DNA from: Octopus sinensis
Taxonomy: Eukaryota
Reading direction: 5' to 3'
Length of the DNA stretch: 64,000 nt
Assembly: GCF_006345805.1 (NCBI RefSeq)
Contig: NC_043000.1
Coordinates: 114,576,001-114,640,000 of the forward strand
The notes below the pieces were generated by a model that was given only the letters and a program-made list of their open reading frames with translations, made no database searches and was not told the DNA's origin. Positions 10,856 to 22,134 of the stretch are shown piece by piece. How positions within the stretch are numbered: the first letter of the stretch is position 1; the number at the start of each line of letters is the position of its first letter. Position numbers and translations under genes: made by a program.

Positions 10856-13446
10856 TACCCTGTGTTGACTGGACTACAAACTGTTTGAAACCAAGCACTC
10901 CCGCCTCAACCGCTGACAAAAAAGCAGCAGAGTCACTTTTCGACTTTACGAATGAGTTTTTCTTGTCCCAACTTGTCCTTGCACCAACAAGACATCAGAA
11001 CATTTTGGACCTAGTGTTTAGTAACCACACTAACACTATACATAACGTTACAATCGAAAAAAAACCTTCTTTCAGACCATGACATGGTTCTCTGTAACAT
11101 GAAATTCCACCAGCCGAAAGCTAATCCTAGTGACCTCCCTCCAGCCCACCCATTTGACAACATGGATCTCCATAATGCCAACTGGGATGCAATCAGGAAC
11201 GAGCTATCACATGTTGACTGGTCCTTACACATACACACATCTCCACCAACCATAAAACATCTTGGCAGATCTTTGTAGACACCGTCACAGACATATGTGC
11301 AAAACACTCCCCACCAAGACCTGTGAACAAAAAGTGCAGAATCCCCAAAACAGAAAAACCATTATCAGAAAAATAAAAAGAACAAACAAAAAAATTAACA
11401 AACTAAAGTACTGCCAACAGCAACACACACATTCGACGGCTATCGCACTGCTTGAATCCAAAAAATATAACCTCCAACAATGCATGAAGACCCTCATCAA
11501 TAACCAAAGATCAGCTGAGGAGAAGTGGGCCATTGAAAAAATCAAACTCAACCCCAAAGTGTTCTTTTCATTTGCGAGGAAACGCAGGGTCACTGCCTCC
11601 ATTGTTGGCCCTCTAATTGATGAAACTGGCACTCTCCAAGATAACGCCAAATCCATGGCCGAGATACTGCAGAAACAATACTGCTCTGTTTTCAGCAATC
11701 CTGATATGGCCGATCTGGGCTGTATCAGTGATGTCAACCCCCAACACACTATATCGGACATAACGTTTAGTGCCCCTGATGTCTTGCTTGCGGCGATAAA
11801 CGAAATAAAACACAATTCAGCAGTAGGCCCCGATAGGTTCCTGCTTGTGTCCTGAAGGTGTTTCGACACCAACTTGCATCCTCCCCTTGCTAATCTGTGG
11901 AGGAGAAACTCAATGGATGCTGGCTATATTCCAAAAAACCTTCTGTCCCAGTCTGTTTGTCCCAGTTTTCAAAAAGGGAAACAAGTCCCTTGCAGTGAAC
12001 TACCGTCCGATCTCACTCACCTCTCATATCATCAAGTATTGAGAGGGTGTGAGATCTCGAATAACCCAATTTCTGGAAAGCAACAGACGGCTGATCTCCA
12101 ACCAACATGGGTTCCGTAATGGAAGGGACTGCCTAACGCAGCTCTGCATCACTTTGAGGACATTTTGAGAGCTTTGGGAGGGGCTCCAACACCGATGTCA
12201 TCTACCTTGATTTCAGTAAGGCCTTCGACAGGGTCGATCACAAGATCCTATTGAAAAAACTATCCAACATTGGTGTCTCTGAAAGTTACGAAATGGATCA
12301 AGTGTTTCCTCCTGACAGACAGATCTCAACATGTTGTAGTTGAAGGGGTAAAATCAAGCAAGCCCAGCCAAAGTCAGTAGAGGCGTTCCGCAAGGCACTG
12401 TGCTGGGCCCACTTCTTTTCATCATTTACATTAATGACATTAATGACATCATCAAGCACAGCAACATAAAAATCTTTGCAGATGACTCCAAGCTACAGAA
12501 GGTCATAAATGAGACGAGTGACCGGACATGCCTTCAGTCAGATCTACTGGCTGTTATCCAATGGGCAGAAAAAAACAATATGCTGCTGAACGAGGATAAT
12601 TTGAGTTATCCAACTTTGGAAAAGAGGATGCCCTGAAACTCCCATACTCCCTTCCTTCAGGTGGAACTCTCGCGGCGTCCAACAACATCAAGACTTGGGA
12701 GTAATTGTGGACACAACATAAGCTGGGCCACTCATATAAACACCAAAGTTGACATGGCCCGCAGAATGTGTTCCTGGATTCTCAGAACTTTCCAGTCGAG
12801 AGATATCCACACCATTATCCTTCTCTTCTCCACTTTTGCCCGACCCCACTTGAATACTGTTGTCCACTGTGGTCTCCTCACACAATACAAGGTATCATAA
12901 AAGTTGAAGCACCTCAAAGGCAATCACAAAAAGATAGATGGCATGACAGGCCTCGACTATTGGGGTCGACTAGAAAAGCTAAAACTCTATTCTCTCCAAC
13001 GTCGTCGTGAGCGCTACATCATCTGCAGATGTGGAAAATATTCCATCAGCATTGCCCAAATGATGTTGGCATCACCCTTTAAGGTTCATCCAAGGCTTGG
13101 GCCCCGTGCCATCCGCCCAAAACAAAAATCGCACCTCATCTCATAACAACAATACGGCACAATTATTTCACACTCAATTGGCCCCGCTCTCTTAACATTA
13201 CACCAAAACACATTAAAACAGAACTGACCCTATAGGGTTCAAGAAGTCTTTGGACAGATTCCTTCAAGAAATCCCGGATAAACCCCCTACAACCCGGATA
13301 TGTCTCTGTAAACAATAACTCTCTACTTGAGTGGGCCATAGTGCCCAAATTCTGATTTGAAAGACTTCACCAGGTGGTGCTATTAAGTTAGACATGGCCT
13401 GGGCCAATAATGGCCGAAACCTATCAAAGTATCAAAGTATCAAAGT
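10856..13446 (+). mobile_element. 5'-truncated, frameshifted CR1-clade LINE ORF2 (antisense, in an intron)
   Basis: APE remnant PTRHQNILDLVFSN. RT motifs PVFKKG..NYRPISLTS, YLDFSKAFDRVDH, GVPQGTVLGPLLF and FADDSKL. Ends in the 8-bp tandem tail (ATCAAAGT)3 at 13423-13446. Confidence 0.9.
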
Positions 13447-13468
13447 ATATCCATATATGCATATACAT

Positions 13469-13502
<34 letters not shown>

Positions 13503-13520
13503 CCATATATACATATACAT

Positions 13521-13553
<33 letters not shown>

Positions 13554-13771
13554 CATACATACACACACACGCGCACAAACATACACACACAACCACACAC
13601 ACACACATGCATACGTGCGGGCATGTACCCATGTGACCATGTGTCTAAGCAGTCATAATCAGTTAAAACCACCCCATCTCTCCATGTGTCTTTTGTTTCT
13701 ACCTCTGAAATGAGGGCGTAACAAAACGTTAATAAGATCAAATCAGAGCGTAGTTGTGCTTTCAAAACTAT

Positions 13772-14422
13772 AATACATACATACATACATACATACATAC
13801 GTAAATACAAACATACATAAATACATACATACATACATACATACATACGTACATACATACATACATAAATACATACATACATAAATACAAACATACATAA
13901 ATACGTACATACATACATACATACATACATAAATACAAACATACATAAATACATACATACATAAATACATACATAAATACATACATACATAAATACGTAC
14001 ATACATACATACATACATACATACATACATACATACATACATACATACATACATAAATACAAACATACATAAATACATACATACATAAATACAAACATAC
14101 ATAAATACGTACATACATACATACATACATACATAAATACATACATACATAAATACAAACATACATAAATACAAACATACATAAATACGTACATACATAC
14201 ATACATACATACATAAATACATACATACATAAATACAAACATACATAAATACAAACATACATACATAAATACAAACATACATAAATACGTACATACATAC
14301 ATACATACATATATACATACATATATACAAACATACATAAATACATACATGCATGCATGCATGCATACATACATACATACATACATAAATACATACATGC
14401 GTGCATGCATACATACATACAT

Positions 14423-14453
<31 letters not shown>

Positions 14454-14515
14454 TACATATATAAATACATACATACATGCATACATACATACATACATAC
14501 ATACATACATACATC
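13772..14515. repeat. Compound (TACA)n microsatellite with recurring TAAA/CAAA/CGTA variants
   Basis: Directly visible; it produces the spurious MYVC ORFs. Confidence 0.95.
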
Positions 14516-14593
14516 TACCTCTGTCTCAAAAACTATAAATGCCCGTAAAGTAGTTGTTAGGTACCCAACATAGAAATTGTGCGTATGTCTTAC

Positions 14594-14799
14594 TTGGCTT
14601 TAAAATCTTCGATTTGTTCCATCAGGGCCTTCTTTTTATTAATTTGTTTCTTCTGTTCCATCCTTTCCATCTCTTCATTTTGTTGCATTAATTCCTTGTA
14701 GTCTATCTCCGCCCGCATTCTTGCAGTTTCCCTTTGAAAATTCTTCATCTTTATCTGTTCTTCTCTCTCTCTCAGAATTTCAGAAAACTGAAAACCTCG
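14594..14799 (-). CDS. CFAP210: CFAP210/CCDC173-like gene, visible exon 3 (206 nt, phase 0 to 2)
   Basis: Acceptor tttttgtttctgattccag, donor AA|gtaaga. Encodes RGFQFSEILREREEQIKMK...KKKALMEQIEDFKA. Confidence 0.85.
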
Positions 14800-15019
14800 C
14801 TGGAATCAGAAACAAAAACTAGGAAATAAATAGGAGAATGTGGAATGGTCCAGCAAGAAAGGAACCAACAAATCGCCAAGATTTACCAATTCAAGACAAA
14901 ATCTATACTTTATGTGGGAAACGGCCATCCATAGTTGATTGAATTAATCTTCATGAATTACGGGTTCGAGACCAACATTCATAGGGCTTTGAATGCCCCC
15001 CCCCACTTTCACACACGTT

Positions 15020-15967
15020 TTAGTAATATTGATTTCAAATTTTGGCACAACGCCAGCGATTTTGGGGAGGGAATAAGTCGATGATATAGATCCCAGTGTT
15101 CAACTGGTATCGACCCCAAAAGGATGAAAAGCAAAGTTGACTGCAGAGGCATTTGAACTCAGAACGTAAAGACGGAGGAAATACCTATTTCTTTACTACC
15201 CACTAGGGGCTAAACACAGAGAGGACAAACAAGGACAGACAAACGGATTAAGTCGATTACATCGACCCCAGTGCGTAACTGGTACTTATTTAATCGACCC
15301 CGAAAGGTTGAAAGGCAAAGTCAACCTCGGCGGAATTTGAACTCAGAATGTAGCAGCAGACGAAATACCTATTTCTTTACTACCCACAAGGGGCTAAACA
15401 TAGAGACGACAAACAAGGACAGACAAAGGTATTAAGTCGATTATATCGACCTCATCAGTGGTACTGGTACTTATTTAATCGACCCCGAAAGGATGAAAGG
15501 CAGTCGACCTCGGGGAATTTGAACTCAAATGTAGCGGCAGACGAAATACCTATTTCTTTACTCTACCCACAAGGGGCTAAACACAGAGGGAACAACAAGG
15601 ACAGACATAGGTATTAAGTCGATTATATTGACCCCAGTGCGTAACTGGTACTTAATTTATCGACCCCGAAAGGATGAAAGGCAAAGTCGACCTCGGCGGA
15701 ATTTGAACTCAGAATGTAGCGGCAGACGAAATACCTATTTCTTTACTACCCACAAGGGGCTAAATACAGAGAGGACAAACAAAGACAGACAAATGTATTA
15801 AGTCGATTACGTCCACCCCAGTGCGTAACTGGTACTTAATTTATCGACCCCGAAAGGATGAAAGGCAAAGTCGACCTCGGCGGAATTTGAACTCAGAACG
15901 TAACGGCAAACGAAATACCGCTAAGCATTTCGCCCGGCGTGCTAACGTTTCTGCCAGCTCACCGCCT
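15020..15967 (-). mobile_element. SINE family 1 tandem array: one head, four body+tailA units, one diverged terminal unit
   Basis: Junctions at 15184/5, 15368/9, 15549/50 and 15734/5, giving periods of 181-185 bp. The single head is at 15919-15967. Confidence 0.9.
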
Positions 15968-16101
15968 TCGGTCTATCACCTGTCATCATTTATGCATTCA
16001 CATGAACATGTAAAGCTTAAAACAGGAACCACTCCCATTTCCCGACACCTACAATGAATACCAGCTCAGATACGGAAACGTGAAAGGACACAGCTACTCA
16101 C

Positions 16102-16275
16102 ATGCAGACCCTTGATGCGGTCCGTCTGGAAGTACATTTTCTTCTTGGCTTCTGCAATGGCATTTTTCCTTACTTCCGCTTGGTACTCGGCCCATTCAAG
16201 GTCCTTTTGTTTCTTCTCCTCCTCTTCCATCAGTTGTTTATGTTTGAAGTCTTCGATTTTCTTCTGACGGAGACT
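16102..16275 (-). CDS. CFAP210: CFAP210/CCDC173-like gene, visible exon 2 (174 nt, phase 0 to 0)
   Basis: Acceptor gtcgctttag, donor CAT|gtgagt. Encodes SLRQKKIEDF...EYQAEVRKNAIAEAKKKMYFQTDRIKGLH. The YFQTDRIKGLH|RGFQFSEILRERE segment resembles the conserved CFAP210 stretch as I recall it. Confidence 0.85.
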
Positions 16276-16396
16276 CTAAAGCGACATCAACACCACATTC
16301 CTTATCAGCAACATTATCATAGTTAACAGAATCGCCATAACGATACTCACCGCCCGCTCGCGAGCGCACACACACGCTATAAATCTTTCCGGAAAA

Positions 16397-16560
16397 CATA
16401 TTCATACAGGAGAGAAGTAACACCACTGATATATTTCTGGTAAACTTTCTACCAGAAGTAGCGACCTACTCCAACACAAACAAAATTCGCACGGGAGAGA
16501 TATCATGCCACTGTGATATCTGTGGTAAATCATTCTCTGATAAATCTCATTTAACAAAGA
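16397..16560 (+). pseudogene. Decayed two-finger C2H2 zinc-finger fragment with HTGEK linkers
   Basis: HIHTGEK*HH*YISGK...RSSDLLQHK..RTGE..CHCDICGKSFSDKSHLTK, with stops and a frameshift. Confidence 0.75.
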
Positions 16561-16913
16561 CAGAACAGAAATCATTATATGAGAATATACTTTACAAAAA
16601 ATGCAATAGCGTACACTGTGTGCGAATACATTATACAGAATAAAGTATAATCATAGAATGCGTTATATAAGAATGCATTATACAGAACAATGAAGTAGAA
16701 TACTTATAGAGCCATAAGCCCTCACACGTGAAAATGCTTAAAATAACCTTCCAATGCTATATTGTATATATCCACGAATTGTTGTATAAAATACTAGTAA
16801 AGACACATCTCATAACGCTGAACATTATAAAAGAAGGATAATAAAGAAACATGGTGATTTGTGACACGTGGTGCCAACCGGTGCAAGAATTGTAATGATG
16901 ATGGAGATGGAAT

Positions 16914-16951
<38 letters not shown>

Positions 16952-17180
16952 CAATTAAGGACAACTACTTAATAAGGAAAACTTAACAAGAATTGTCAGG
17001 TAGATAGCGTGTACCATATTCTTTTACTTTACCATATTTTTATAATTAATACTTCAAATATATATATATATATATAAATAAATATGTATATATAAATATG
17101 TATGTATGTATATACATAAATATATATATATAAAAAGAAGAATATTGCCGTTATTAATAGTATTAACAAGGTAAAATATA

Positions 17181-17212
<32 letters not shown>

Positions 17213-17230
17213 TATATATATATAATATAT

Positions 17231-17266
<36 letters not shown>

Positions 17267-17530
17267 CTTATTCACGTGCATATTTACACGATATTGCACC
17301 ATTTTGGGGAACCTTAATGGAGTCCATTCTGCTGTAAATGTCTGAGGAAGGTTTCGGGTCTGCCTTCCATCTCACCAGTTTCGGAAGCCCTAACAAAATC
17401 ACGAGAGTTACTTCCCTCCACTAACGAAGTCATAAAGAAACATTGAAAAAGTAATAAATTGCCTCGCAGGATATAATTTTACCCAGTATCTCGCCAGATT
17501 TTGATCAGTATCTCAGAATGTATCACTTAC

Positions 17531-17710
17531 TGCTAATGTGTTGGGCCAATGTTCAACAAATTTTTTTGATTTTTCCGCAATCGCTTTTTTATTTTTCTTC
17601 AATATTTTGATTTTCTCCGCTTCTATTTCCCTCATATGTAACTCATATTGAATCCTCTCCCAATCCTCAGGCATTAACACCATCACCTGATCCACATCGA
17701 CTTTGGGCAT
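17531..17710 (-). CDS. CFAP210: CFAP210/CCDC173-like gene, first visible coding exon
   Basis: MPKVDVDQVMVLMPEDWERIQ...KFVEHWPNTLA with donor GCA|gtaagt. An acceptor (cattcctttccag) lies 17 nt upstream of the ATG, so an earlier exon probably exists but was not found. Confidence 0.8.
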
Positions 17711-18199
17711 CTTCGCTTCGAAATAATCTGGAAAGGAATGATAAAAACAGAAATGTTAGTGACTGCGCATGTATGGCTGTATCGTGGGTACCGACACAGG
17801 CAAAACTACACAACAGAAACAACAACAGCAACAACAGAAGCAATAGTAACAACGACGAAGACAAAACAAGCTTACGGAAAAATTCTAACAAATATTTAAT
17901 ACTGAGACAAAAGGAATTAAAAAATAGAATGTACTTTTTTTGACTAAACGAGAGCAAGTTAGTAGCAATGATTTCAGAAAAATGCTTTTTGCGCCTCCAG
18001 CATGGAGTGATTCATTTTTCTAATTACATGCAGATCAGGTTAGACAGGTCCCAGTACTTGACCACTAAAGAATGGAAAGCAAATTGATTTGAACTGAGAA
18101 TATAAAGATCCGAAACAAATACAGCAAGGCAATTTTCCGACTTTTTAATGATTACTGGATAAAGGAGCTCACTGGATTTCCGGACTTCACCGACTATAA

Positions 18200-18440
18200 C
18201 TCAATTGATTGTTGTTGTTGTTGTAGGGAGTTTTTGCAACTCACGTAGTTGTTCCTGTTGCTTCTCTTAAAGCTGTTACACTGCGTCTAATAGGTTTTCC
18301 ATGACGCAGAAATTGTCAAATAACCAATGTGAGTTTCGAACGATCCTCGTCACCAGATGTTATATCCTTATGGATAAACGAATACACTGCACCAGTGAAA
18401 TAACAATATAATCGAAACAAACGGCAGTAGCCACGCCGAA
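18200..18440 (-). mobile_element. Second Gypsy 5' remnant (LTR end, PBS, start of gag)
   Basis: ...TATAACA-TC-TGGTGACGAGGAT (PBS 18343-18355, 12/13 match to the tRNA-Ser(GCU) complement). Then ATG ENLLDAV*QL*EKQQEQLRELQKL, resembling the gag start near 740. Confidence 0.7.
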
Positions 18441-18454
18441 CATAACGACTGTTA

Positions 18455-18600
18455 TAGTGGTTCGGCAAGAAGAGACCGATAGAATAAGTACTAGGCTCAC
18501 AAAAAAAAAGTTCCTGGAGGGTCAAATTGTTCGATTAAAGGCGATGCTGCAGCATGGTCGCAGCCAAATGACTGAAACAAGTAAAAGAATAAAAGTATAT
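18455..18600 (+). mobile_element. SINE family 2, 3' portion
   Basis: ggttcggcaagaagagaccgatagaataagtact...gcatggtcgcagccaaatgactgaaacaagtaaaag. Confidence 0.8.
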
Positions 18601-18756
18601 ATGTACAAACACACATGAGGATATCGCAAAATATCTTTCATTAACGAACTGGCAGCATGTATGAAGGAGAGAAAATGATGGGAGACAGACAGACAGACAG
18701 ACACAGACAGACACAGACAGACAGCCAGAGAAAAAGACGGAGAGGTGGTGCTGGTT

Positions 18757-18945
18757 TTTAAATACAGTCTCTAGTCAAAACATTACAACTCCTTCTTCCA
18801 TGATAGCAGATAGGTTTTCACCGATCATATTTACCGAAATAGTCATTTCGGATGGCTGACGTTGCGCATGGTACCGGTACTTTTCCTATCTTCTCGAAAT
18901 TAGAAGAAAATTTCCTCCCTCTAGGAATGCATTGTTCTGTTTGTG
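18757..18945 (+). repeat. Unclassified dispersed repeat (second copy at 34998-35185)
   Basis: About 190 bp shared (ttaaatac.gtctct.gtcaaaac...tctaggaa), each copy preceded by (AGAC)n. Confidence 0.8.
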
Positions 18946-18987
18946 TGTAGTGCTGTCTGTATATATTATATATATATAATATATATA

Positions 18988-19019
<32 letters not shown>

Positions 19020-19143
19020 TATATTATATAATATATATATATATATAATGTATGTATGTATATATGTATGTATATATATATGTATAAATGTATGTATATA
19101 CATATATACATACACATATAACTGCACGTGCACACATATACAC

Positions 19144-19177
<34 letters not shown>

Positions 19178-19539
19178 GTATGTATGTATCTATGTATGTG
19201 CGTATATGTATATATATGTATAAATGTATACACATATACACATACATATATTTATGCACGCATGTTAAATATATATGTGTGTGCGTGTGTGTGCATGCGT
19301 GTGCGTGCGTGTGTGCGTGTGTGTGCGTGTAGTGTACAGTAATGGAACTATGCACTACATATTTAACACATGTATCATCATCATCATCATCGTCGTCATC
19401 ATCATCATCATCATCATCATCATCACATATCTTGCGTTGCAGCCTGGTATAAAAGTGCCACACGATGATACTTATTTGTCTGCTGAGAGATAATGAAGCT
19501 TAGAAGTATTCAGGGATGAAGGAGGGCGATAAAGTGATA

Positions 19540-20875
19540 GAAAACTTAAGAGACAAACATACTGAGAGTACTTGAAACACAGCTACATGACGGTGACATT
19601 ATGAAAGCAGTCAATACATGGGCCATATTGCTTTTGGGACATTCTATTCTTTTTTCTGAGCAAAGACCGAAACTAGAGCGAAAAGCTAAGAAGTTGGTTA
19701 CCATGCACAACGTATGCGACTATTTACTAAGAAGGAAAGGAGAAAGACGCCTGTTAAACCCTTTCGTTACCAACCTGGCTGAAACCGCCTCTGGCTCTGT
19801 AGTACAAATGTTTTGTTTTTATAAGTTTTAAATTAAAATCTTCCACCAAACCTTTGTCATAATTTATGTTCCTAACACTAGCTAAATGATGATTAAGTCA
19901 TTTTACTAAATTCTTTGTTATATTTAAAATAATTAAAAGAAACACAGGGCATCTCAAAATAAATACAGTAACGAAAGGGTTAAACGTAGGAGTCACCATC
20001 AGTACTATGATATTAGGTTTTGAAAATTAGGTTTGCATAGTGAAGAATAGTCTGTTGCAAGGAATAATCAAAATGGTCATTGAAAGAATAAGACAATTCA
20101 AGGCCAGAAAGAAGAACCGCAGAACAAATAGTTGACACAGAAAGGAATTATTTGACCTTTTCATGCAATAAACCAAGGATGTTGGCCATAGGGAACGTTA
20201 GTTGTGGCTGATTGATGAAAACCTAAAAGAAGGAACTGAATCGCTGATTTTAACAGCGCAGAAACAAGCCTTTATATCGAATTTGATACAGGCAAAAATT
20301 GATAAAACCCACTACGAAAGGAAATGAGCATTTGTAAAAAAAGAGACGAAAGTATTAATCATCTACTAAATGAATGCAGCAAGCTAGCGTGAAAAGAATA
20401 TAGTTGCAGGAATAACTGTTGTCGGTGAAAGAGTGCATTGGTATATTAGCCAAGTCTAAAGTGATAAAAATTGCGGTATGCAAACGAGTTTGTAATAGTG
20501 AATTGTACTAACAGGAATTTTGGGACGTCTTTATAAAGAATGCACATACTACAAAGGCATGGAGACCAGATATGCAGAGACAAAATTTAAGAAATAGGAG
20601 TATAAGATCATAAACTTTGAAATAATATATGATAACTAAGTGCAGACGAAAAGAAAGTGCAGAACGAAAGAAATTAGGGCATAGCCTGAAAGATGAAGAG
20701 GCTGAGGAATCCAAGAGTGACAATTGTTCCTGTTGTAATCAGTACACTTGGCACACTACCTAAACTGCTACCCAAGAGACTGAAGAATATTGGCATTGAA
20801 ATGGATATTGTCAACCTGCAGAAACATGCTCTCCTGTATTTTGCAAGATTCTTAAGAAAATTTCTTGAGATTTGA
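19540..20875 (+). mobile_element. Decayed R4/Dong-like LINE 3' half
   Basis: KAVNTWAI, LLRRKGERRLL, EGTESLILTAQ, ESINHLLNECSKLA and IVPVVISTLG...ARFLRKFLEI, collinear with 24700-25946. Confidence 0.75.
19759..19979. mobile_element. piggyBac-like MITE nested in the LINE fossil
   Basis: Perfect 12-bp TIR CCCTTTCGTTAC / GTAACGAAAGGG. TTAA at 19754-19757 (plus one extra A) and at 19980-19983. Confidence 0.8.
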
Positions 20876-21239
20876 GAAGACTTCTGGTTACTAAACCTCA
20901 AAATTAATTAAATTATTCTGCTAATTAGATTCGCATATAATAGGTTTGGAACATTAATATTGATAACAGCTATTGCAGGTTTTGACGCATGCTCAGCAAT
21001 TTCAGGAGAGAGGTAAATCGACTTCACCGACTCCAGTGCTCAACAGGTTTTTATTTTATCGATGTCGGAAGGAAGGTAAAGTCAACCTCTGTGGTATTAG
21101 AACTAAGAAATAATAATAACTAGCAGTATAACCCAGCTTTGCCCGTGATTAAGTTAAGATTATTAAGCTAATCAAGTTCTATATTTCAAACCAAATTAAG
21201 TAACATCGATGTCAAATTTGGGCGAAATCCGTCGAAATT

Positions 21240-21275
<36 letters not shown>

Positions 21276-21722
21276 TAGATAGATATGGGCAACACACACA
21301 CACATACACACACGTACGCTACGCACGTACACCTATTGCATATATGTTTTTTGTGCGCATACATGTTCGTGTGTGTGTGTGTTGTCCGTATATCAACAAA
21401 ACACTTTTTTCCTCAATGTAAAAAAAAAAAAATTCTTAACAAAAACTTACTCGTCGCTAGAAGGGGACTTAACTCTTGTTTGCAAACAATGGTGATTTCT
21501 CCGACTTGAAAATTGTTAAAAGTTTTGGCTGAAAATTTATTTTTACTGCTATTCTCTGGTGCCACTGGGGAAAATAAGTTGACGAAAATACAGCTAAGAT
21601 CATGATGAATGTCCTCCTAAAATTGGAGCGACATGCATGCTAATTTGCAGACGTGCATACATTACATTCACGTACACACACACACATCCTGCCTTTTATA
21701 TATACAGATAACAACAACAACA

Positions 21723-21762
<40 letters not shown>

Positions 21763-21764
21763 TG

Positions 21765-21823
<59 letters not shown>

Positions 21824-21825
<2 letters not shown>

Positions 21826-22047
21826 TTATAATGCAAATATTCTCCTCAGTACCACAGCTTTGCCTCTCAGTTGTTTCACCTTGACCAGTTGAGCATCTAC
21901 CTTGGTGGCAACGATATGTCGCGCACATATGGTTGTGGTGCATGTGCCTGGTGCACTCTTTATCAGATGGGTAGTCGCGATGGGTATACTGGGCTTCATA
22001 TATTTTACCCCAGTGTCACTTGGATGGCATGCACTGTTCTCTGACTC
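21824..22047. mobile_element. Short non-coding insert flanked on both sides by (AAT)n
   Basis: 224 bp of complex sequence splitting a long (AAT)n tract. Confidence 0.55.
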
Positions 22048-22110
<63 letters not shown>

Positions 22111-22134
22111 TAAATAAATAATAAATAAAAAAAA

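Noticed and set aside
13424-14514. Long ORFs of [16 protein letters not shown] or LSIY repeats here and throughout the window
   Set aside because: They are translations of (TACA)n, (TA)n, (GGAT)n and (TATC)n microsatellites with no splice or homology support.
15020-15967. Regularly spaced repeats as a CRISPR array
   Set aside because: The units are about 184-bp near-identical SINE bodies with no unique spacers; the context is eukaryotic and there are no cas genes.
15735-15967. Hammerhead or HDV ribozyme within the SINE array unit (retrozyme idea)
   Set aside because: There is no CUGANGA on either strand of the unit, and I could not build an HDV-like pseudoknot by eye.
17730-18200. RFX X-box upstream of the ciliary gene
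   Set aside because: Only weak partial matches, and the true first exon was not located.
18244-18310. Candidate upstream CFAP210 exon with a gtgagt donor
   Set aside because: Better explained as the start of a Gypsy gag right after a PBS.
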